Source: the human T2T-CHM13v2.0 reference genome, Homo sapiens. From it: DNA of 64,000 nucleotides. Below the pieces are notes generated by a model. The model was not told where the DNA came from and searched no databases. It saw only the letters and a list, made by a program, of their open reading frames with translations. The position numbers and the translations under genes are program-made. The first letter of the stretch is position 1; each line of letters opens with the position of its first letter. Below are positions 1 through 17,900 of the stretch, piece by piece. The DNA lies in the NCBI RefSeq assembly GCF_009914755.1, contig NC_060926.1; one strand, written 5' to 3'.

Positions 1-4390
<4,390 letters not shown>

Positions 4391-4399
4391 CGGCAAATC

Positions 4400-4600
4400 A
4401 AAATGTCATTTATAGAACACTCTTAACAACTGTAAAATATACATTCTTTTCAAGCGCATACTGAACATTTACCAAATTATACTGTATGCTAGACCATTAA
4501 GAAAATCTCCTTAAGTTTCAAAGTGTTAAAATATGCAGGGTATTTTATCTGACTTCAGTGGAAATCTAGAAATCCTCAACAAAATGATAGCGAGTAGGTA
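4400..4600 (+). mobile_element. L1 ORF2 endonuclease fragment
   Basis: tatagaacactc...tatacattcttttcaagcgcatactgaacatttaccaa resembles the YRTL..EYTFFS..HGTFSKID region. Confidence 0.6.
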
Positions 4601-4662
4601 ATTTTCCAAGACAGAAGAGTATCTAGGTCCATTTAAAAGACTTGTGTAAGAATGCCATAGCA

Positions 4663-4969
<307 letters not shown>

Positions 4970-5486
4970 AAGAATGCCATAGCAGCTTGATTTGCTATAA
5001 GCTCCAAAGCGGAAACAGCCCAATGTTCTTCAATATTTATAAAATGAAATATCACCCCAGGATCAAAAGGGAAAATACTGATAAATGCAACAACATGCAT
5101 GAATTTCAAAACATACGTATCAGACAAAAAAGTATTTATCTTAATAAATAAAACATAAACGTTCTATGCATATACAAAAAGGAAATGAATGGCCTCTAAA
5201 CACTAGAAAAATGTCCACAGTGAATAGTCATTTCAAAAATGCAAGTGAAATTAACAATGTACCATTTTTTCCCTACCAAATTAGCAAAAGAAAACAATAC
5301 AATACCCAGTATTGTTGAGAGTATGGTAAAACCATACACCAAAATTCTTTTTCTAAGGAATGCAAAGTTTTGACTTTTCTGAGTGGCTAGTAGGTATCAG
5401 AAAACTTTAAATGAATATTTCCTTTAATTCAATTTAATAATTTTACCTAAAATGATAATCAGATAAGTGAGGACAAAAGTATTTAA

Positions 5487-5835
<349 letters not shown>

Positions 5836-6859
5836 CTACAGACATAGTAGCTATCAAGTAACACAACTCTGGGATAACTATGTGGGATGACTTCAGGCAT
5901 CAGAAGACATCCTACACAGTAGAAATAAATTTACCTATAATAACTTTCCCTAAAATTATTCCTAAATTTCAACAAAAGTTATTTTGAAATAGTCAAATAT
6001 CTGAAGGTCTCCCTTAAGAGGGTACTAAAGCAATGCCTGGAAAGAGGGGAAATTTTTGCTCTTTTCTGAATGGGAGGACCCAAATGCAGCCTGATCCTGG
6101 AACAAACTGCACAATAACCTGGCATTATGAGGGCTATTTGGCAATTCAGTGAAGGATGATCTACTCTAAGACTAGTCCAGAATGAGCTTGGCTGTGCCTA
6201 ACTTAAATCTGGCAGTGATCCTTTCAAAACAGCAGTATTAGCACCTGCCCCTCCCCTCCTGATTTTCCCAAGCAAGTCAGGTCTACATTGAAGAGCAGAG
6301 AGCACAGGATAATTTCTCATTAAAAATAAATCCTTAGGATGAACTTTAGAGAACTGTCTCAGCAAGGCTGAAATTTTACATCACAGTTGCAGAATTCTGA
6401 CAGGCCCAAAGAGACCTTGTATGATGACACTAACACATTATTAGAGTTTCTCATAAGGCAACACTCCCAATCTTTGAAGCAAACTGTTAAACATATTTGC
6501 CCATCATCTCTCACTACCCAGTCATTTTTCTAAGCCAAAACCAATGTGGTTTATATGACTGTCTTTCTCCAGGTCCTTGTATCTGATTTCCAAGTTCTTG
6601 CCAATATTAGAAGGTAGGGCATGACTATAATTTTTAGTGTAGTTTTTCCAGAAACTACCAAGAACATTATTTCATTAAATATTGTATAAACAGCTCTTTC
6701 TCCTCACACTTCAAATACCAAAATTAATGAAAAATAATGCCAATGTATTTATTTTTTAATAGTACCTTCAGAATGTATCATTTTAGAAAAAGTCTTTGTC
6801 TTAACTGCACAGTATTTGCCCCTGTAACAGAAACATCAATGATACTATAAAGTAAAAGG

Positions 6860-7085
6860 AGGTTTCGAATATGACTCATAAGAACAGGCTTTGATCCAAG
6901 TTTTGCCAGTCACTATCTCTGTGATCCACTGAGCAGATAAATTAATCTCACTGAACCTCAATTCCCTAAACCATCAAGTGAATATTAGATATTCACTATA
7001 AAACCTGTGTATGTCAGATTGGCATAGTGAGACTCAATGAGATAAAGTATGTATGAAAGTGCTGTGGGAAAATACAAAGCTCCTA
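6860..7085 (+). mobile_element. MIR relic
   Basis: Core-like ctctgtgatccactgagcagataaattaatctcactgaacctcaattccc...atgtatgaaagtgct. Confidence 0.6.
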
Positions 7086-8549
7086 AATTTGAAAGGATTC
7101 AGCAGTGTGGGATGTTGACTATAAAATAGCTTACGGCTATAACTATGTAGGGTCAAACCAAAAAAAAAATGACAAAAATTATTCTTCCTTCTAATGAGCA
7201 TGTTATAACTTTGGTTATTTTCTAGTTTTGTACTTTCAAGAACTGCTTGAGGAGGAGATAGATATAGCACTAAAAATTAAACTACATCCTCAGGGCGTGC
7301 CATGCTCATAAAGAATATTTCACAAAGGCCACAGGGGATAAGTACTTTGAATTTATATTGAAAAAACAGAAGAAGAGTGAAATAATCTATGTTTCAGGTT
7401 TAAAAGGCATACAGTTAAAACTTAAGATGATATACTTTAACTTTATACTTCATAAAAATAAATTTTACCTAAGAGGCTTGATTGAGGTAAGGGTTGGATT
7501 TAAGGTTTGAGGAAGTAGAAGAGGCAACTTTACGTACGCTTAAGAAGAAATTCTTATTATAAAGAATTAATATACATTAAAGATTCGTCATACCTAGTAT
7601 GTACTAGGTAGGCATAGTGATAGCTAAGAGTTTATAAAAAACAATCTAATTATCTCATTTATTCTTCTCTACAACTCTTTATGTTGCAATTGCTGTCACT
7701 ATAAGAAAACTGAAAGCCAAAGTTACAAAGATCACTGAGAACAATGCAATTGTTTTCTGATATTATCTCATGTTATTTCTACTATACTATTCTTTTCTAT
7801 GCAGTTTTTTCTGCTTAGTCCCATAGTCTCCACTTCCAGACAAGTGTAGCTTTTGGTTTCTTTTTTCCAGGAATGGATGAAGGTTTCCTTCTAAAACTCT
7901 CCCCTCCCTCAAATCACACTTTTAAGACTAAGTCACACTTCAGGCCTAAAGTGGTTTCAGGAAACCTCCATCAAAACTATTTCAAAGAAGGAATGTGTTT
8001 CCCATTAACTAGAGATAAAAAGCTTAAAATGCAAATACTAAACTTGGTAAACAGATCATATACATCTCTTTGCCTATTTTAAAACATACTCTTTAAGAAC
8101 AAGAAACTCCTCAATACCATTCAAGTTTTTAGCAAGGACCTCTTTTTTTAAGAAAGGAATCCCTAGATGTACCTCTTCAGAGTCTATTGTGCTACTTGGT
8201 TTGAAACCCACAGGTACAGAATAAAATGTACCTGCAACAAATATTTGCGAAATGAATAAAGTATAGTTCTATTAAAGCACTAGTTACTTAGTTTTTTGTT
8301 GTTGTTGTTTTTGTTGTTTTCTGTGGAAAGATTGAACTTCAAAGAATGTGTGGTGACTAAGAATTCATATTAGGGATATTAGAGGGGTACATACTCCATG
8401 CTGTAAGCACCAAAGTCTTTTCATATTGGTTCTCTAAAATGGGTAAGGAAAACCACTTTTTGTGTGGCCTGACATGTGCATTAAAGGCCTTAAAAAGAAT
8501 TGCTGGTTTTCAAGTTGCACAGAAGGAAGATAAGAAATATACAAAATCA

Positions 8550-8846
<297 letters not shown>

Positions 8847-10280
8847 TTATATACAAAATCTTCCACCAGTGTTTTATGGAAATTCTGTCAAGATGTTCAG
8901 GCTAAAAGTAGTGTTATAGGAAAATCCCAGTGACAGCCTTTTGACAAATACTAATGGGATATCTCTGATAATATGACACTCAAGCAGAAACAGTTTAAAG
9001 CATTTTATTAACTTTTTATAGGGAGTCACATATAAAGGATTGATTTTAAAATGTTCCCTCAGTTCAAGATACATTGCTGATGCATGCAGTCTTGCTATTT
9101 TTAAATTTGTTCTCATTCATGTCCCATTTCCAATCCCATTCCCCTCATTAGTACAGCCACCCATTTGAGAATATAAGATACGTCATTCAAGTCAACATTT
9201 TATATTTATTTCTATTAAAATATGCTTTTAAAATAAACATGTATAGTATTATTGAGTTTGTTTTAATTTATATAAATGAGATTGTACTATCAACTGTATT
9301 ATTTCTTACTTTGATCCCCCCAGCATCATATTTCTGAAATCTATATGTATATATTACCATATTTGAATATTGTTTGTTATTTATAATTGTTTGCTATATG
9401 TTGCATATTGCATTCAATCATATGTAAATACCAATTTTTAAATATCTTACCATCACTTTTTTAAAATTGTAAAGGTTTTTGTTGATACAAATTAGATGTA
9501 CATATTTTTGGGGTTGTAAATACCAATTTCACTAACCCATTCCTCCAGTAATGAATACCTCAATTAATTGCCTCTCCTCTTGGCTACCAGAAAAAATAAG
9601 TACCAAAATAACTGTCAAAATAAATATCCTCATAAACTTTTCCTTGTAGAAATATAAGAGAGCTTCTTTGAGATATGGGCCATCACAATGTGGCCTCAAG
9701 TCTTGACAGCCAGCCACTACTAGCCTATACACCACAGCAACTTTGGATGAATCAGAAAAAAGTCTCCCAAGTCACTACAAACTTCCTATTAACACTATTA
9801 TTTGAGATCATTGATTTTACAAATTAAATTGAGGAGAAATTAACAACTTTGCATTGTATGAAGAACCTATCTATGAAGAGTTAGCACTCTCCATTTATTC
9901 AGCACTTCATTTATGTCCTTTTAAAGAATTTTGAAATTTTCATCATAAAGGTCTTGTACATATTTTAGGTTAATTTCTATGTAACCTCTTAGAAGTTTCT
10001 TCATGGATATAATTAACGTAGAGAAATGCTACTGTGTATGTTTTGCAGATTTTTAAACCCATCTATCTTCTTTCCTTTTTTTTTCCCTCATCCTAAGACT
10101 TTGGAAATAATGTACATGGTGGGTAGTAGTGTGCATCTTTGTCCTAGCATTTGTCTTTATCTTCTTCCTGACTTTACTGGGAATCCCTCTAAAGTTTAGT
10201 TATCCAGTAAGATCTTTCTTGTAGATTTTTCACAGATGCCCTAATTTCTCTGTAGCTAGAACAGTTAAAAACACAAAACA

Positions 10281-10598
10281 GGCCAGGCGGGCTGGCTCAC
10301 ACCTGTAATCCCAGCACTGGGAGGCTGAGGCAGGTGGATCGTATTACTTTAACCCAGGAGTTCAAGACCAGCCTGGGCAAGATGGCAAAACCCCTGTCTC
10401 TACAAAAAATACAAAAAAAAAAAAAAAACCCCACAAACACCTGGCCAGGCATGGTGGCACGTGCCTATAGTCCCAACTACTCTGGAGGCTGAGTTGGGAA
10501 AACTGCTTGAGCCCAGGAGGTTCAAGGCTGTAGCAAGCTGAGATCATGCCACTACACTCCCAGCCTGGGCAACAGAGTGAGACCCTTTCTCAAAAAAT
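10281..10598 (+). mobile_element. AluJ
   Basis: Dimeric Alu with J-type ttgagcccaggaggttcaaggctg and gaccct. Confidence 0.9.
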
Positions 10599-10932
10599 AC
10601 ATATATATGGAGATTTTCCTTACAGTTCTGAGTAGCTTATATAAAAATTCTAGCGGAATTGATGGAGATATAAGCACGAAGATTTCTGGGTCATATTGAT
10701 TACTTTTATAAACATCAGGTTCTTATTAATGAATCAGGTTGTCCAGAGACACTCACCAAGGTTTTAAATTTATTCAGATACGGTATATCAAGTTGACAAA
10801 AATTGATGTTATTTTTGAGATGTATTGACCATCATCAAAATTCAAAGAAGATTAAAAGAGGGCTCAATAAAATCATGGCTGACATTCTTTTACGAAAATG
10901 TTAAATATAATAGCACTAGAAATGACTAAGAC

Positions 10933-11245
<313 letters not shown>

Positions 11246-11289
11246 TAAAATGCTAAGGGTTCATTATATATTCATTGATATCTGATAAG

Positions 11290-11596
11290 CAGCGATGTTC
11301 AACAGAAATATAATGTAAGACACAAATATGAACACAATATATAATTTAAAATCTTCTGGTAACCACAGTAAAAAACAGGTGATGCTAAATTTAATAATAT
11401 ATTTTATCTAGCCTAATATATCAAAAATCTTATTTCAGTATGCAAATCAAAATTATTAATATTTTACATTCCTTTTTTGGCGATGAGTCTTTGGTGTGTA
11501 TCTTACACTTAACAGCACATCTTGATTCAGAATATTCATGCTGCAAGTAATCAAAAGCCACAAGTGGCTAGTTCCTACCACATTAGATAGCACAGC
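11290..11596 (+). mobile_element. MER33 (hAT-Charlie non-autonomous DNA transposon)
   Basis: cagcgatgttcaacagaaatataatg...gccacaagtggctagttcctaccacattagatagcacag follows the MER33 consensus end to end. Confidence 0.8.
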
Positions 11597-12686
11597 ACCA
11601 GTCTAAACCACACAGAAGAGAAACTCTGTCCAAAGCCATAACAATAAACCATGTGTTGTGCATACTAGAAGTACGCAATAAATATTTATTGAATAAATGA
11701 ATGAACAAAGTAAATGAAGTGAGACATCCTGAAGCAACAATACAGTACAATGCAAACATATATATAAATAGACAAATCAAACAGAGAGGATTTCACTCTA
11801 TGTATAGTTCTCTGCACCAAACATCTCTGGCCTGCTATGTTACTACTGTAGTTCTCAAGTTGTAGGACAGAACTCTATGGATGAGCCGCTTGAGCTGGGA
11901 ATAGGCATTGGCAGAAATAACGACTCTCAGATCACAGCCAGAGGAGCCAGTGAAATACATATAACAATGCCTCACTAACCTCAAGTACCATTTTTTGATC
12001 AATGGGATAAGTTCAAAGTATCTAACTCACTAGAACACAGCAGTATCCACAAAACTGAAGCACAAAAGCTGCCCCAAAACCCCAGAGTAGTGCAAGACCT
12101 CCAGCTGACAAAACAGCCTACCCAGAACGCTTGATTTGCCAGTAGAGCAAAGAAAAGGAAAAAAGAAGGGGGAGGGGAGCATCTAACATACTTCTTCTGC
12201 CCTGTTATTTCTACTCCCCACGATGACAAGACCTTTGTGAGCAGGCAAGGGAGTTGAGAAGAGAGAACTCAATCTCTGCAGTCCAAGCTGCTTCACATTT
12301 TTCAGAAATTACTACATGTTCAAACAATGGGATATTTGTCAAAGTACAACTTGATCACCAGAATTCATCTGTTTTTCATAACCACATTTGACCTAAACTG
12401 TGCTGACTAAACAAGGTACCCTGTGTTTTGCAGTCTGGAAAATGTGGCTCCCAACATCACTTTTAGACTGCACTAAAACCTCTTGCCCCTAGACTACAGC
12501 CTCTTGGTAACTAAGTGCATTCAGATTAGGCCAAGGATGATGTTTGCTGGCTTTCCTTGTTACATTAATCACCAGATTCTCATTTCAACTCATATTTTGG
12601 TTAACTTTTCTCTTTTTTATAGGTATCTTATCAAGAGAGTATAAAAGAGCTTCAAAATTTCTTATATCTTTTCCTTTCCTGTGGGC

Positions 12687-12728
12687 TATGCGTGTGTGTG
12701 TGTGTGCGCGCGCGCGCGCGTGTGTGTA
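12687..12728. repeat. Compound (TG)n(CG)7(TG)n microsatellite
   Basis: tatgcgtgtgtgtgtgtgtgcgcgcgcgcgcgcgtgtgtgta, an unbroken purine/pyrimidine alternation. Confidence 0.95.
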
Positions 12729-12752
12729 GTCTGCATATATGACTAAATATAA

Positions 12753-13258
12753 TTTTTTTATTATTATTATACTTTAAGTTTTAGGTTACATGCGCACAAT
12801 GTGCAGGTTAGTTACATATGTATACATGTGCCATGCTGGTGTGCTGCACCCATTAACTCGTCATTTAGCATTAGGTATATCTCCTAATGCTATCCCTCCC
12901 CCCTCCCCCCACCCCACAACAGTCCCCAGAGTGTGATGTTCCCCTTCCTGTGTCCACGTGTTCTCATTGTTCAATTCCCACCTATGAGAGAATATGCGGT
13001 GTTTGGTTTTTTGTTCTTGCGATAGTTTACTGAGAATGATGATTTCCAATTTCATCCATGTCCCTACAAAGGACATGAACTCATCATTTTTTATGGCTGC
13101 ATAGTATTCCATGGTGTATATGTGCCAACTTTTCTTAATCCAGTCTATCATTGTTGGACATTTGGGTTGGTTCCAAGTCTTTGCTATTGTGAACAGTGCC
13201 GCAATAAACATACGTGTGCATGTGTCTTTATAGCAGCATGATTTATAGTCCTTTGGGT
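12753..13258 (-). mobile_element. 5'-truncated young L1 (L1PA3-like) 3' end
   Basis: Near-consensus ORF2 C-terminus ([35 protein letters not shown]...) plus 3'UTR and A tail on the minus strand. Confidence 0.95.
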
Positions 13259-13259
13259 A

Positions 13260-13945
13260 CTTTAATTTTTTATTTAGAAATTTCAACTTACAGAAAAATT
13301 ATAAGGAGAGTACCAAAAAAACTCATGTAGCCTTTATCCAGATTCACGTTGTTAATATTTTGCCCCATATGCTGTATCATTTGCTCCATACAAATCATTT
13401 TCTACATATATATATTTTCTTAACCATTTGAAATTATGTTATATGTATCATATCTATTTATTCCTAAACACTGCATTGTGCATTCCCGAGAATAGGATAA
13501 TTGCTTACATAACCACAGAATAAAATTTCTGAAAAGTTAACATTTTTCTAATCTACTGCCCACATTTCAATTTTGTCAATGGACCCAAAAATATCCTTTA
13601 TAGCATATTTTCCCAAAGGTAGAGGATTCACTCTAGAACAGGGATAAGCAAACCATGGCCCATGGATCAAACCCATTCCATTACCCGTTAGGTAAATAAA
13701 GTTTTATTGGAGTACAACCACTTAATTAATTAACATAGTATGTCTGGATGTTTTGCACTGTAACAGTAATATTAAGTGGCTATGAGAGAGACACAATGGC
13801 CTAAAATATTTACTATCACAACCTTTGCAGAAAAAGTTTGTAAATCCTAGGTTTATGACAATGTGTTGCATTTCGTTGTCTTATCTCCTTGGCTTCTTTT
13901 AATCTGAAAAATTCCTCAGCTTTTCTTTATCTTTTGTGACTGGCA
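13260..13945 (-). mobile_element. Old L1MC-like 3' end interrupted by MER58A
   Basis: tttcaacttacagaaaaattataag...cctttatccagattcac...ttaatattttgcccc is typical of L1MC4/5 3' ends. Confidence 0.6.
13639..13850 (+). mobile_element. MER58A (hAT-Charlie)
   Basis: cagggataagcaaaccatggccc...gtaaataaagttttattgg...cctaaaatatttactatc...agaaaaagtttg. Confidence 0.8.
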
Positions 13946-13947
13946 TT

Positions 13948-14303
13948 TGATATGGTTTGGTTGTGTCCCCACCAAAATCTCAACTTGAATTGTATCTTCC
14001 AGAATTCCCACCTTTTGTGGGAGGGACCCAGGGGGAGGTAATTGAATCATGGAGGCTGGTCTTTCCCATGCTATTCTCATGATAGTGAATAAGTCTCACA
14101 AAATCTGATGGGTTTATCAAGGGTTTCCACTTTTGCTTCTTTCTCATTTACTCTTGCCACTGCCATGTAAGAAGTGCCTTTCACCTCCTGCCATGATTCT
14201 GAGGCTTCCCCGGACATATGGAACTGTTAAGTCCAATTAAACTTCTTTTTCTTCCCAGTCTTGGGTTATGTCTTTATCAGCAATGTGAAAAAGGACTAAT
14301 ACA
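13948..14303 (+). mobile_element. THE1A solo LTR (ERVL-MaLR)
   Basis: TGATATGGTTTGG ... GGACTAATACA termini; THE1A-type tctcaacttgaattgtatc and gggtttatca. Confidence 0.92.
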
Positions 14304-14820
14304 GAATATGTGAAAAACATTCCTTTCTTCCTCCCCTTATTTCCTTTTTCCTTTATTTCCTTTCTTCCTCCCTTTCTTCCTTCCTTCTTTCTCTTTCTGG
14401 CCCCTAGACTATAGTCTCTTGGTAATTAAGTGCATTCATAGAGGTTATACAAAAGCCCTTCTCCTCCTAACATTGCATGGTTTTTTAATCTCTAGATTAT
14501 AATTTTTATAAAGGTAACATTAAATGTGGATGGGTTATGGAAATGTACAGGTTTTCTTGCTTATCTGTGGATCTATGTCAACACACATATTAGTCTAGTT
14601 CCTAGTCTTTTTCCTTTCTCATTGCATTCTTTAAAAGTCCTTTTTATAATATGAATATGTGGTGAGGAGGCAGGTGTAGGTGGAGTGTGTTCAGGTTGTG
14701 AAAAGAAATGTTTCTTTATGATTTAGTAATATTCCCAGCAATTACACCAGGTGTTTTTACATAGACTTTTTTCATTTCATTCTCGTAGAGACACTGTGAG
14801 ATAAATACTATTATTTACAG

Positions 14821-14929
14821 TGTTTCGTCATGTTGCCCAGGCTGGTCTCAAATTCCTGGGCTCAAGCAGTCTGCCTGCCTTGGCCTCCTAAAGTGCTGAG
14901 ATTACAGGTGTGAGCCACCACACCCAGCT
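14821..14929 (-). mobile_element. Alu left-arm/FLAM fragment next to a MIR relic
   Basis: tgttgcccaggctggtctcaaattcctgggctcaag...gtgagccaccacacccagc. Confidence 0.85.
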
Positions 14930-17900
14930 GACCTCATTTTCACACTGTAAAAAGTATATCAACATTTCTTATAATTTCAGGGCAATGAGAAATCTCTAAC
15001 CTTAGTTATTAACACTCCATTTAATAGAACAACAAACTATACTAACCTCAGTCAAAATAACTACATCTTCTTAGCATACTTCATAGCCTTTTACAGGTCT
15101 CTTAATTTTTCACATAGTACTTTTCTGAAGTACTGCATTCATTCATTCATTTCACAATTATTTATTCAGCTCCTTCTATGTGGTGAGAATAACCCAGAAT
15201 TCTAGATTTTCAGAAACTCTAGTTAAAGATTCTGAAGTAAAAAAAAAATGAGATGGATCTTGCTTACATTCCCTGAGAAAGTCTTGAATAGGGACAGGCG
15301 AAGAGACTGAGCTTCTAGTCCAGTATTAAGCCCCTAAACTATTTCACCTCCAGATTGCTGGTTTCAGTTTCACCTCTGGAGTTTCTAGCATTTCACCTCT
15401 AGATTGTTGGTTTGAGTTATAAGAATCTGAAAAAGTAAAGAATCTATTACAGTTCCAAACTCAGCTTTTTCAAACTTTCACAATTTAAAATAAATCAATT
15501 CTATTCATTGGTTAAAAAGCAAATCCTTCATTACACCTGCTATAACCAACTGTAAATAAATATGAGCTCCAGCTATGGTATTTGTTTCTGGTAAGAAGAT
15601 CATTTTGGTATATGCTGCTGAATGACCAAAATCATCTATAAAAGAAAAAGAAACTCCTTTTCTCCCTTATATGATCTTTCACTGTTTAGATCATGAGGCT
15701 CTGGCTGTAGTTATTTATGTATCCCCATCATGACATTCAAAACTATTGGGACAAATATTAAACCAGGTAATAAAGGGCATCTTGAGCAAGCCACAAAAAC
15801 CTCTGAAATTTTGAAAATTTAAAAATGAACAAACAAATCTGGCAGTTACAACCAAATTAGGTTGTAGGGAAAAAATGTAGAAATAGGGAAAGGAAGCAAA
15901 ATGTGTAAGAGATCTGATTGGACATCTGAGTTAAGGGAGAAAAGGTTGTAAATAAAAATCCAGAGATCTCAGTAATGGAAGAAATTTGGTATTATTTGGA
16001 AGAGTCACCAAAAGGAAGAAAGAAAATGAGAAGTATGTTTCAGGAAAGAGAACTGCCTGTGCCAAGGCATCATTGTGAGAGCACATGGAGTATGGTGTAT
16101 CTGGCGCATAAACTGTGAGTAAGCAGGAGGAAAAGAACAACCAGAAATGAGGTGAGAGAGTTAGGCTAAGGACAGAATATGGAACACTGTACAGACTATA
16201 TAAAAAAACTTAATTTATTCTGAGAAAAATGGGAAACAAATATTTTAAGCACTGTCTTGATAAGGTTAAAATTGTATTTAGAAGGATTACTGGGTGTTAC
16301 ATGGAAAATGAATTGTTTCTTCTTTGTCAGAGCTTGAAAAGGAGTTATCAGATTATTGTGGTGTCTAAAACTATTTACATGAGATATTATTATTAAAAAG
16401 AAGGTAAGCACACTTGAGAAGTTTAACCTTCCCAAAGTAAGCATTTTGGAAAAATGAATGCAAGCATGTCTAGAGATCAAAACAAACACACACTCTCTCT
16501 TTTTCCCCCGCCTTGTTTTATTCAAGGCTAAATGATATGTATGCCCATGGGTAATAAGGTCACCAGGTTAAAAGAGCAATATGACAATTATGAAATGTTA
16601 GATCACAGCTACTACAAACCGGAGCCCATTAGCCCATAGTGCAGGAAAGTTATCACTGTAACTGGCTTTTCCTGTGTCCTTATCAATGCAGTGCACAAAG
16701 TATCTCACCCTTAGTTTTTTCTCTAAGATCTATGTAGTGTTTATGCCTATCTAACCTCACCAGGCACTAGTGGGTCAGTGAAACTAGGAGGCAGTAAGAT
16801 ATGGCAGGAGACTGATCAGACAACCTGTTAAGTGTCAGAGACGGACTAGGAGTTACCAAATATTTCAGGGCAAACTTTCCACATTAAAAAATATCTCTAA
16901 AGAAACTACTTAAAATACATTCTTATTGTTCAGGAATACTCAAGATTACCATGGAGACAAATCAGAAAGCTTCCAGCTCTTTTCCAATAGTATAAATTGG
17001 GTCCTCAAAGGTGTAACTTGCATTTGTTTTAGATGTTGTGAAATAGCAGATGAATATTTTGAGATGGAAAATAAAGTCCATTTAAAATGAAAATAAAACA
17101 ATTACAGACAGATCAAGAGGAATAGTGTCTAAATATCCACTCCTGAAACATTAAACAGTCACCTGAATTTCTTAAAACTAAATTTCAAGGCAGAAACATC
17201 AGAATTCCTCTCTAAAACCAATGATATCCCAAAAGATTTGAAAATGACACCTATTCATTTCAAATTACTATTCTCAGGAAAGCTTTTCCACTAAAAGCTC
17301 CATGTTTTTTTTTCTTATTTCCCAAGAAAAACGTATATGTTTCAAATAAACATGACGGATTTTTTTTAAAACTGAGTCCTCATCAGGTCTCTTACAAAGC
17401 AGCTTTTCTTTAGATCTACTAAATTAGAAACTTTTTGAGAGCAGAAAGTGTCCTTGCCATCTCTGTATCTTTCAGTGTATTAGGACGTGCTTGCTTCAAT
17501 AAAGTTTAACTTTTCTTTTTTTGGTAGATCTTCTCAGAATATACTTAAATATACTAATATTAACTGTAAAAAGCCCAAGACAGCAATACAGCACACCAAG
17601 TTTCAATGACATTTGAAAGAGAGGGTGCCCTCTTTTATATTTTTTAACAGATAAATTGATGATACTAGTGTTTCCTACAAATACAGCTCCAGAAATGACT
17701 TTACAAAGATCTGAATCATCAAATTGTATCTCTGGCAATGCTAGACTTCTAAATACACAATTTCCCATTTCTCATCACTGGTAAAATAAAGTATTGGTTC
17801 CCTATCTTTGTAATGTCATCTTTGTAAATATTTACAAAGAAAGAAACTTATTCACAAACCCTAAGCACCTAGAATTTTGCATTTTTACAGGCATTTCCCA

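Noticed and set aside
7591-7610. Palindrome TACCTAGTA-TG-TACTAGGTA
   Set aside because: Only 9-bp arms, in MIR-like sequence; plausible by chance in 64 kb.
7876-7972. 14-bp inverted repeat GATGRAGGTTTCCT with ~70-nt spacer
   Set aside because: Pairing does not extend inward; no TSD or recognisable MITE.
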